Source of the DNA: Lytechinus pictus
Lineage: Eukaryota
NCBI RefSeq assembly: GCF_037042905.1
Contig: NC_087251.1
Span: 37,264,001-37,328,000 of the forward strand
Direction: 5' to 3'
Length of the DNA: 64,000 nt
The notes beneath the pieces were generated by a model. The model saw only the letters and a program-made list of their open reading frames with translations. It was not told the DNA's origin and ran no database searches. Below are positions 53,901 to 64,000 of this stretch, piece after piece. Each line of letters begins with the position of its first letter. Position 1 is the stretch's first letter. A program made the translations under genes and the position numbers.

Positions 53901-55088
53901 CTTCAGGTCATAATCAAAAGCTGACAGGATAATTGCCCATCGTTGCAACCTCTGGGCAGCCAAGGTAGGTATTGCAGTCTTTGGACCTACAATCCGTTCC
54001 AGGGGCTTGTGATCTGTACGTATCACAAACTTCCTTCCATACAGGTACGTGCGAAAACGCTGAAGACCAAACAAAATGGCCAGTGCTTCCTTGTCCAACT
54101 GTGCATAGCCCTTCTCATGCTGATTCAAGCTCCTTGAGGCATATGCTACTGGTTTCCTGTTGCCCTTGTTGTCCACATGAGAGATAACTGCACCCACTCC
54201 ATAGGGTAAAGCATCTACACTCAGTTCTAGCTCCTGCTCTGGATCATAGTGTGTAAGCAATCTCTCTGTAGAGATCGCTTTCTTTACAGCTTGGAAGGCA
54301 TTATCAGAGTCCTTGTCCCAAGACCATGGCTTTGATCCAAGTAAGGCCGCTTACTGGTACTAGATTGACCCTGCTTGACCTGGGTAGCATCCTTACGTCT
54401 GTTGTGTGAATATGACACCTTATTCACCTTCCCATCATCTACTTTAGTATTGGACATGTCCTTGATGTTACATGATGCTGCCTCCTCTGCTAATGCTAAT
54501 TCCACAGCTTCCTGGAATCTATAGTTCTTGGACAAAAGTTTCTTCTGAATGGAACTTGATTACAAGCCTGCAATGAAGCGGTCTCGTAGAGCTTCCTCTA
54601 AGGCTCCCCCTGTGAACTCACATGAAGAAGCAAGCTTTTTCAAGTAGGAGACAAAACCTGAGATTGTTTGACCAGGTGATTGCTTAGCATTATGAAACTT
54701 GAACCTTTCTGATACAACCAAGTGCTTAGGATGGAAATGTCCCCTCAAAATTCCACTGAGTTCATCATACGTTTTCTCACTTGGTTTGCTTGGAAATGCC
54801 AAATCTTTCACCGTTTTGTACGTGTCACTACCAATACCAAAGTACAGTCTCTGCCCAGTGACCATGGTTAATCCAATGTTCACAATATGGGCTACTGACC
54901 TTAAGATAATGGATTGGATTAATCGCTTTTGTCATGTCTCGTGCATAACTCAATCATACAAGTTCATTCATCCAGGACTACCGACAGAACTACGCTAGGC
55001 AGTGATTTACGGTTCGTACATTTACTTCGGTATAATGCTTCTTGGTTACAATGACGTCATTATCGCAAGTGCATTTGCATATATCACA
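50967..55088 (-). mobile_element. Internally deleted Ty3/Gypsy LTR retrotransposon
   Basis: 159-bp TG..CA LTRs at 50967-51125 and 54930-55088 (6 differences); PPT aaggagggaggag next to the left (3') LTR; TSD GCTTT; gag, RNase H and integrase remnants. Confidence 0.92.
52463..54835 (-). pseudogene. Gypsy gag-pol remnant (gag, RNase H, integrase; protease and RT deleted)
   Basis: gag ERFKFH..Q..GQTISGFVSYL..LRDRFIAGL; RNase H VDALPYGVGAV..YASRSL..TDHKPL..ADALSR; integrase LHTAHPG..C..C, PYHAASNGAAERMVQ, W.G.V..RHVDQL; frameshifts and deletions. Confidence 0.92.
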
Positions 55089-55371
55089 GCTTTATATCTG
55101 CTTGATGACATTCTTACGATTGAAATAATAAAATTTCATGAAGAATCACTATAATTAAACTTAAATCCCCCTGATAGCTTTAGAAACTCCATGGAATTTA
55201 TATTAAATTTTCTCATCATCCAGCTTCATAAATTACATCTTCAGCATGTTCCTTTTTTTTATTCAATCACTAAAAGATTAATATCAAAATGATAATTTAA
55301 ACCCTGAATATAATTTCAATCAATGTCACCTTAAATCTTTAAAAGCAAAATATGTATTCCTCTTTGCTTCA

Positions 55372-55718
55372 AACAGGCTGTAGCCCCTCAAATAAATTGG
55401 TTCCAGAATCCAAAGTAACAAAATGGCAAAAGAAAGACCAATGAAAATGAGATGGGATTAAACCAAATGGTCATTCTTTGCTTGACTGCTATTGAGTCCA
55501 TTCATGCATTATGCTTCTTCGACCTCAATAGGTGTGTTTAAAATGTTCATTTCAACTTCCCATAACTGCTTAGTTATTGAGGTAATCAATTAAACATGCT
55601 AATGGCCATACTGTGAACTTTAATTTGTTTAATCCCATCTCATTTCATTGGTCTTTCTTTTGCCATTTTGTACCTTTGGATTCCAAATCCAATTAATTTG
55701 AGGGGCTACAGCCTCTTT
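55372..55718. mobile_element. Foldback MITE
   Basis: ~90-bp arms aggctgtagcccctcaaat..gggattaaac / gtttaatccc..atttgaggggctacagcct. Confidence 0.75.
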
Positions 55719-56182
55719 GTGATTAAACCAATCTCTTAATTATTGACATGTGCTCAGTAAAGATTATTGAAGCTAAACTATGTCAAAATTTTGTTCATTT
55801 TATTTTGACTGAGTGGAATTTGTGTAGTGTGCTTGTGAAGTTTGATGAGTTTCTTTTGAAACCCGGTTTAGTTTAAGAAAGTAGATGAGAATGTGGCCTA
55901 AGCTTTACAACCATCCCAGAAGTAACTAGTTCTCTTCCAAAGAAACAGCTCATCCAAACTTCAGATACAAGTAATTTCATAGAACAAAAGGGGGAATAAA
56001 AGTTAATTAGTTTTTGTTAATACGATAATAACCCCTCGGATTATACATTAGGATACTCTGAGGGATTTGTGATTTTGCTATAAATAAAAGTTGATGCAGA
56101 CGTATTAAAGATTATACTGTGGCTAAGTTACTGCCTGCTTCAACATAAAACCCTGGATGGTTAATGAAACTACTGGTAACAA

Positions 56183-56712
56183 AACAAGGCATAAGCGATT
56201 TTGCGTCTCGCCCACTTATGAAAATAACCAGAAATATTGTTATTTGCGAGGGCACGCAACAGAATTGTATCAAAACTTCATTGCGAAATGACTGGGATGG
56301 AATAACACTTGTCATACGAGTCTTGCCCATAAACTTTAATGTTGACCTCAAAATGAACTTTGACCATACCATGTGACCTCCGAACACAATAACATGCAGG
56401 TCTCCTAAGTCATCTACCATCCAAGTTTGGTTGAAAAGTGATTTACGGTGGCGGAGTTAGGTGTCATAAGAGAGTCTTGCATGTAAACTTTAATTATGAC
56501 CTGAAAATGACCTTTGACCTTACCATGTCACCTCCGACTGCAGCATAACATGCAGGTCCCCAAAGTCCATCTACCATCCAAGTTTGGTTGAAAAGTGACT
56601 TACGGTTGCGGAGTTATGTGTCATAAGGTTTGTGACGGACGGACGACAGACGACGGACGGACAACATTTGGATTCCTAAGTCTCGCCTTCACCTCTGGTA
56701 GGCGAGACAAAA
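56183..56712 (+). mobile_element. HINE-like family B, two internal units
   Basis: Homologous to 21399-22223. Confidence 0.78.
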
Positions 56713-56733
56713 AGGAGTGAAATCTTTCGGGAT

Positions 56734-58061
56734 TTAGGTAGAGGAACCTTTTAGGATATAGGTTGATGAACCACCCAAATGCACAGTCACACCAGCAAAA
56801 TCTTGACCAAATCTATTACATTCTAATGACATATACCATCGCTTTGATTGATGTGACTGTAGTAGTCAGGACTGTAGCAATCGGGGTAAGGGTAGTGGAT
56901 CAGGGAAAGTTTTGTTTTTGGTAAAAAACAGCCATTTTTATATTTTTAATACCGGCTAATACAGGTGGTTTGAATAAAATTTGAATAAGACGGCTGTTTT
57001 CGACTCGCAGCACGGCCGCCTTGCTGTAGAGTAAATGTGACTGAGGTAAAAATACAGTTTGTACCTCAACATCATCATCGAAAAAATACAATTTAAATTA
57101 CATTGAAATATAACAATACAATACATTTGTGAAAGCAGTAAAAGGTCAAGTCCACCCCAGAAAAATGTTGATTGAAATAAATAGAGAAAAATCAAACTAG
57201 CAAAACGCTGAAAATTTCATGAAAATCGGATGTAAAATTCGAAGAGTGCATTGCGCACCACCCCACTCCCCCACACACCGAGACCATGGTGATGATATTC
57301 GCTTTACACTGAGCTGTGATTTACATGAAATGGCTTAGGCGTGATTTTCATTTTGTTGATCATTGTCAAGCTTGGGAAAAGTGTGCAGAAACAAGTATTA
57401 AATGAAAAAATGAAATGTAAACCCACTTTAAATGATAAAACCTTAGTGAACAAATGCTTGAAATGTCTGATATAAACTTTTGTTCAGATTCAGTTATGTC
57501 CTCAGATCCAGCTGGCACAAAAAAGGTAAAGGTTGTGCTTAGATAGAGTAGAGCTTAGGTAGAGGAACCTTTTAGGATATAGGTTGATGAACCACCCAAA
57601 TGCACAGTCACACCAGCAAAAACTTGACCAAATCTATTACATTCTAATGACATATACCATCGGTTTGATTGATGTGACTGTAGTAGTCAGGAATGTACTA
57701 GCAATCGGGGTAAGGGTAGTGGATCAGGGAAAGTTTTGTTTTTTGTAAAAAACAGCAATTTTTATATTTTTAATACCGGCTAATACAGGTGGTTTGAATA
57801 AATTTGAATAAGACGGCTGTTTTTGACTCGCAGCACGGCCGCCTTGCCGTAGAGTAAATGTGACTGAGGTAAAAACACAGTTTGTACCTCAACATCATCA
57901 TCGAAAAAATACAATTTAAATTACATTGAAATATAACAATACAATACATTTGTGAAAGCAGTAAAAGGTCAAGTCCACCCCAGAAAAATGTTGATTGAAA
58001 TAAATAGAGAAAAATCAAACTAGCAAAACGCTGAAAATTTCATGAAAATCGGATGTAAAAT
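56734..58061. repeat. ~505-bp direct duplication (56734-57238 and 57555-58061) with filler DNA
   Basis: Near-identical copies starting ttaggtagaggaacc and ending ggatgtaaaat. Confidence 0.92.
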
Positions 58062-58532
58062 AAGAAAGTTATGACATTTTAAAGTTTTGCTTATTTTTCA
58101 CAAAACCGTGATTTACAACTCAAATGAGACAGTCGATGATGTCCCTCACTCACTATTTCTTTTGTTTTTTATTGTTTGAATTATACAATATTTCATTTTT
58201 TATAGATTTGACAATAAGGACCAACTTGACTGAATCATATAGTATTAAACAATGCTCATTCCACATGTTCAGGGAGGAATTAATCGTTGTTTCACTTGAC
58301 AATGAGAAAAAGAGAATATTCCAAATTTCATATAATAAAATACAAAAGAAATAGTGAGAGGATGACATCATCAGTCTCCTCATTTGCATACCCACCAGGA
58401 TGTGCATATAACTGTTTTGTGAAATTAAGCAAAACCTTGAAATGTCATAACTTTCTTATTTTACATCCGATTTTGATGAAATTTTCAGTGTTATGCTTGA
58501 TGGATTTTTCTCTTTTTATTCAAATCAACTCT
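57963..58532. mobile_element. Kolobok-like foldback MITE, right end truncated
   Basis: aaaggtcaagtccacccc start; internal inverted symmetry (aaatcggatgtaaaataagaaagttatgacatt / aatgtcataactttcttattttacatccgattt). Confidence 0.65.
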
Positions 58533-58544
58533 TCTTAATGATCA

Positions 58545-59461
58545 TTATATATAAGATTTGTAAGAGCGATTACACTCATTTATTTAGTTATTTCCTCTTT
58601 AAGGATATTCATAGCATAATGATTAAAAATATTCCAGAATGTCTCAGTTAAGCTTTGTTAGGCACTATAATAAATGAGATAGAGTAATTTTTGTTATTTC
58701 TGGAATGTTTATTTCTGGAATCTACAAAGATAAACAATAGAATCTGCTATGTAACAGAGACCTCTAGTGGTAGTGGAAAAGAACAATAGGATTAGCTATG
58801 TTGTTTACATTGTTAATTTCACTGAGGTCATTCAAGTGGACTATTCTAGAATGAAGGATAATGTTATTTTTAAAGACTATACTAGAAGCTTCCAGAATAG
58901 TTGAAATTTATATATAAGCTGGCAGTTTCTTCAAGGACATCATCAAATCAGATCAGAACTCAGAGTTTTACACCAGACTTTCTGTCAGAGCATAGGTTAT
59001 TTCCAATTGGAATACAACATTTATCTTCTGTGGAATTATTTGCACGCCATCAATGAACTGTTTGCAGTTATTTTGAGAGAGGAATTAACTCAGTTCTCAT
59101 CGAGATCATCAACCTGTTTTAATGAGCGCTTTTCAACCCATGGATTGCTAAAATTGACTATTTGTCATCATCAACATCGTCTTCCCCAACATTTCAACTT
59201 GTTACAGTGACTCGTATTATTAATCGTGTTTCAGCATTGCCAGCATTGTGGACATTAATTTAAGGAACCTTTGCCAGCCAACCTGGATATATACATCATT
59301 TGGAATATACAAATGGACAACTCAGAAATGACACTTCTGTGAGAAGATCATTATTTTTGTTTTGTTTGTTTGGTGTATGATTGATCTATTTCCTGTAATA
59401 AAAAAAAGGAAATCAAATTTAAAACTAAATTTTCATTGTTATTTGTTGCAGTATCGTAACA
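58545..59461 (+). mobile_element. Putative solo LTR
   Basis: TATA-like tatataagct near 58911, aataaa near 59397, end ...atcgtaaca; no clear TSD or left boundary. Confidence 0.4.
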
Positions 59462-60527
59462 TCATGTGACTTAAAAAACTGTCATGAGGAGGAAACCTTG
59501 TGGAAACAGGTTCCATATAGCATACATAATGGTGTCATTGTTATATATAATTTAAATTGAAATATAAAGAGTGATAACAAAGGATACACTATAAAAACAA
59601 CAACAACAACACAGAGCCGGACAACACTTAAGACAGACAACAAAAACGTCCAGCAGTTAAGTTTCTAGATTTAATGATTAACATCCATGGTCAAGTCTGA
59701 GTTTGCGTTTGAAAGTAAAAGCTTGGTGAGTGCTTTACAGTCTTAAAGGCTCATTGAAAGAATACACAAATAAAACAAAATGGAATGCCCCTGCGAAAGA
59801 AAACCGAGTATGATTCCAATTCAGCGTACTTTCAGCTCTAATCCCCTCATTTCAGTGTAAAACAATGGGTATGGCAGGAAAGTTGCTGTGAAAGATACTG
59901 AGTGGTATTTTCAGTGTCTTTCCCTCATTAATCCTCTAATTTTAGCAGATTCCTGCTAAGAATATTGGTGCCTGGGAGAAAGGAGTGTCCTATATTGGGA
60001 TTTGGGAAATCCACACTGATATCAACTTGGTTTTAAAGGAGAATCCAAACCATCCACTTTTTCTAAACAAGTTAATGCTCATTTCAAAAAGGAAATATTT
60101 CATCCAGATATTTGTTTCTGAAGAAATAGCACTATAAAAACATGTTTACAAAATTAATGTTTTGACTGCGCATGTAAAAAACAATATATCTATAAAGGAA
60201 ATGTGGATGAAGTGTGTAGCACATATATCACATACTTTTAGCCAAGAACTTATTTCTTTCCAAAGGATGACAGAATCTTCATCTAGATGTAAAATGATTT
60301 GATTACATTGTTCTGTGTTTTATCACTGTAAAAAACTGTAAATTATCACCAATTTATGTTTCTGCGGTTGATAAAATGTTATATAAACTGAAGGTAAGCA
60401 AGTAATAAATACTATTTTTTCAAATAATGAACCTCACAACATGGATGAAAAAAAACGATACCAATCCCGTCAGATAACAATAACATCAGCATCAATCTGA
60501 TTGATTAGTAAAGTGTCATTGAAGGTG

Positions 60528-60696
60528 TAATACCATGGTCACATTTGCTCTACGGCGGCCGTACGGCGAGTCGAAAACAGCCGTTTTATTCATTTTTACT
60601 AAAACCACTTATATGTAGCTGGTACAAACAAATGTTAAAACGGCTGTTTTCGACTCGCCGTACGGCCGCCGTAGAACAAATGTGACCAAGGTATTA
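60528..60696. mobile_element. Near-perfect hairpin MITE
   Basis: ~60-bp arms ggtcacatttgctctacggcggccgtacggcgagtcgaaaacagccgtttta and its complement; relatives at ~56920-57050 and ~57745-57870. Confidence 0.85.
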
Positions 60697-60954
60697 CTTC
60701 TACACCTTCAACACCAATATCAGTTTTCATCATTGCACCTGAAATCACCATATGCTCACTCTTTAAAAAATAAAATTAGCACCAATCCGATTTACTAGTT
60801 CAGTGTCACTGAAGGCGATACTTCTACACCATCATCCACACAACATCAGTTTTTATCATTGCACTTGAAATCGCCCTATAACAAATAAAACAGCATCAGT
60901 CTGATTTACTAGTTTAGTGTCATGGATGATAATACTTCTACATCTTAAACCCCA

Positions 60955-61543
60955 CAACAAAAGTATTGCAATCACCCCATGCTCATTCATTACTGATAGA
61001 GGGCACTATCAAAGTATAATCCACAGAGTTGCCAACCTTGTGAAACCCCCCCCCAAAAAAATCATAATGGTGGGAAAAAGGAATATCCAACCAAAAAAGG
61101 GATTGCATGGACTAAGCTGATCACTCTGAGGGTGTTGAATTATTGTTTTACTCTCTCATTGTTTTACTTTCTTCATTTGTATACTGCTTTTCTACCATCT
61201 ACCATCCAACAAAAGTATTGCAATCACCCCATGCTCATTCATTACTGATAGAGGGCACTATAAAAGTATAATCCACAGAGTTGCCAACCTTGTGAAACCC
61301 CCCAAAAAGAAATCATAATGGTGGGAAAAAGGAATATCCAACCAAAAAAGCAGAGACAGCGCCAAAATTGGAGTCTCCAGTTTGCTAGGGGATCCAGACG
61401 GGAGAGTCTCCAGATCAGAAGGTGCTTGGGGTTGGAGTCTCTGAAAAAGGGATTGCATGGACTAAGCTGATCACTCTGAGGGTGTTGAATTATTGTTTTA
61501 CTCTCTCATTGTTTCACTTTGTTCATTTGTATACTGCTTTTCT
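60955..61543. repeat. Tandem duplication (60955-61193 and 61207-61543)
   Basis: Copy 1 lacks ~100 bp present in copy 2, bounded by aaaaag. Confidence 0.88.
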
Positions 61544-62406
61544 TTGAAATAAAGAAATGATTACAATCAAAATTTTGGATGATTGCAAGCATTTATTTTG
61601 GAGGAAAGGGTAAATTGGTTTCAAATCGTTGCCGATCGTACGATTGCTATGACTTTAATAGGACTAGATATCAAATTCGCTTTTATTCTAATAAGGATGG
61701 TAGCACAGTCACACATTGACACAAGTATTTGTATGATAATTTAGAACTTTACACAGTACTTGTTCCATGTCTCAATATAAGATCAAATGTGTTTACGTTT
61801 CATTCCAAAATTGGGTCGCAGAACAATCGTAAGGTGTGCCGTGGCCTTAAGATCACACTTTTTCTAAGCTGTGTTCAATTTTTTTTTCAATTTTGAGATA
61901 GGTTTTAACAGCCAGCAATGATGATTTTTTTTTTCTTTGAATGCTCCATAAATATGCAAAATATTATGTAACATTATTGTAAAAACATGTAATCATGAAT
62001 AAATGAAGTTTCTTTACTATTAAAGTTACATAAACTGAAATATTTCATATTAAGCAAATAATCACATTTTGTAAAAGTGATGGGACACGAGATCATTTAC
62101 AAGGCAAGTTGGATGTAGATCTATGCCCTTTATTTCAAGAGCAATCTTTGACAATGGAGCGTATCACAGAAATTTTCATTCTAAATTTTGATAAAATTTC
62201 ATTTCATTTATTGCTTCAACCAATTTTAAAAACTGACAAAATTACAATATTCAAATGTACAATACAACCAAACATCATACCCCAAAATGGAAATGGATAT
62301 AATTTGAAAGCTCACAATCATAGTAATTTACCATCCTAATTTACCTTTACTTGAATTGCATTTTCCATATTTACCCAATTGTTCATGTTTTTTTAAATTT
62401 ACTTAC

Positions 62407-62470
62407 CATAAACAGATCCCTTGAATGAAGATCAACAGCGAGCAAAAAGGCCTTTTCAAATCTCTGATAT
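62407..62470 (-). CDS. WDPCP: WDPCP/fritz (CPLANE subunit) exon; gene begins beyond right edge
   Basis: AG/GT-bounded exon YQRFEKAFLLAVDLHSRDLFM, closely matching the conserved WDPCP C-terminal segment as I recall it (YQRFEKAFLLAVD...RDLFM). Confidence 0.93.
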
Positions 62471-62788
62471 CTGTAAACATAAAAAGAATTGATATATCTT
62501 CACTTATAATAAAACAAAAGAAAACAAAACAGAAACAGAAAATGTTTTGTCTAAAAAATTTATTCAATAACCTGTCTGTTTTTTATTCCTAATTAATTAA
62601 AAGATTTTTTTTCCTGAATTGCATAACTCTTTTAAACAGTTTTCGGGGTTGTTTCCCCCTAATTGATGCACAGACCAGAGATGACTTTTCCTCAGAACTA
62701 CGAAAGAACTTGGTGAATGTTCCATAAAGCTACTTGAGTGAGCTTTTGAATGACTGGTAATCCTTTGTTGTGTTAAATGATACACACA

Positions 62789-63031
62789 AGGGCCCCATCT
62801 TACGGAGACTTACGACTTATTCATTCAATCTCAAGTATATGGAAATCCATCAACGTCATAATATTTTCTTCAGGAAATTCGCACACTGAATTTTCAAGAA
62901 AAATATGAAGGTATGAATATACATCATATCTAGAAAATATTTTGAACAAACGTTTTAGATGTTGACGTTGCTGGCTTTCCATTGTTAAGGTTGATCGGAT
63001 CAATCGCATCACTTTGTAAGATGGGGCCCAG
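62789..63031. mobile_element. MITE
   Basis: gggccccatcttac ... gtaagatggggccc. Confidence 0.65.
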
Positions 63032-63686
63032 ATTTTCACCGGTATTGATTTAGTACCAAAGAAAGGGTCACCAGTCGTTCGTAGAGTCATTCGCAACTCG
63101 GGAACATATTTATGAAATACCCACCTGTTCCATTACAAACTTATACTTCATTCTTTACCTATATAGTAATAACTTTAAATACTCTAAGGTCCTGATTAAT
63201 TGATAAGTTTAAATCAAATGTGCAGTCACATGTGACTCACTTTCAAGCATTGCACACGTTTTTCTGAACAACGTGCAACTCCTCAAACTCTTTCACAAAA
63301 ACTCTTTCATGAAATACTTTCAAATTAACTATTTACAGAACTCCCCTTATCCCCTATAATACATGCTCCAAATGAGCATCCACCTCCACCCAGATCCACT
63401 GCTGAAACTAGAGCATTTGAATTAAGATATATACATACATTTTTAATCATGTCTAAAGATTAAGAAATATCTGTCTGATCCCGAGATACAAAATTTCTGA
63501 AATTTACCGGTAATTATTTATAGGATTGCATATTTATTTATTATTAAAGCCGAGTACTGCAGAGATGTTTAATAAATGAGACTCATAGAGAAATGATATC
63601 TGGGATAAAAATCTCATACATATTGGTAAAGGGAAAAGGGGTCAAGGTTTATATAATTACTATTCCTGTTATACAGACTTGATATA

Positions 63687-64000
63687 CAGTGCGTATCAAA
63701 AAAAAGTTTACACTTAGAAAAAATCCTGTAAAATTATACATTTGTAATTTCCTGAAGATTTTTCCACATTTTAACATTGGTACAGATCCATTTAAGCAAA
63801 TGACGATATAATTGCCAACAAATATTTCCGCTTGAGTGAGCACCACTTACTTTTGAAAAGTTATGCAAATAAAAGTACATGTTAATCATGAAGAACACAT
63901 AGAATTTAGCTTGTAAAATTGATTTGAAGATATCTTTTACCTAATTTAACTTGTTTCCTTGCCCAAAACACTTCGAAGAGTGCATCGCGCCCCACCCCAC
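63687..64000. mobile_element. Tc1/mariner-like MITE left part
   Basis: TA|cagtgcgtatcaaaaaaaagtttacact; its last bases match the filler at 57239. Confidence 0.6.

Noticed and set aside
54836..55088. ~250-bp LTR
   Set aside because: TG/CA ends, the TSD and the empty-site paralog at 50042 show the LTR is 159 bp; the rest is duplicated flank.
55090..55160. Penelope-like RT motif (YLLDDILTI)
   Set aside because: Too short, stops follow, and the motif is not conserved in the paralogous copy.

Overview
AT-rich, repeat-dense animal genomic DNA; the SINE, MITE and HINE-like repeats suggest a sea urchin (inference). I reconstructed three spliced genes by hand with consistent GT-AG phases. (1) The first two coding exons of ribokinase (RBKS, minus strand), which continues off the left edge. 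(2) A complete 10-exon, ~566-aa plus-strand gene for an atypical protein kinase: coiled coil, Pro/Ser-rich linker, and a kinase domain with NDLKEDN in place of HRDLKxxN. (3) The last six coding exons of WDPCP/fritz (minus strand), spread over ~42 kb. The WDPCP introns hold nested mobile DNA: a decayed hAT with a BED finger, a rearranged Gypsy LTR element, two Academ-like foldback elements, Helentron/HINE-like elements with internal tandem arrays, Kolobok-, Tc1/pogo- and Harbinger-like MITEs, tRNA-SINEs and a LINE 3' end. The most notable observations are the atypical kinase, three tandem decaying copies of the WDPCP C-terminal motif, a Gypsy whose 5' end is replaced by a copy of its own flank, and a higher-order minisatellite apparently built from a MITE end. 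No prokaryotic features are present.
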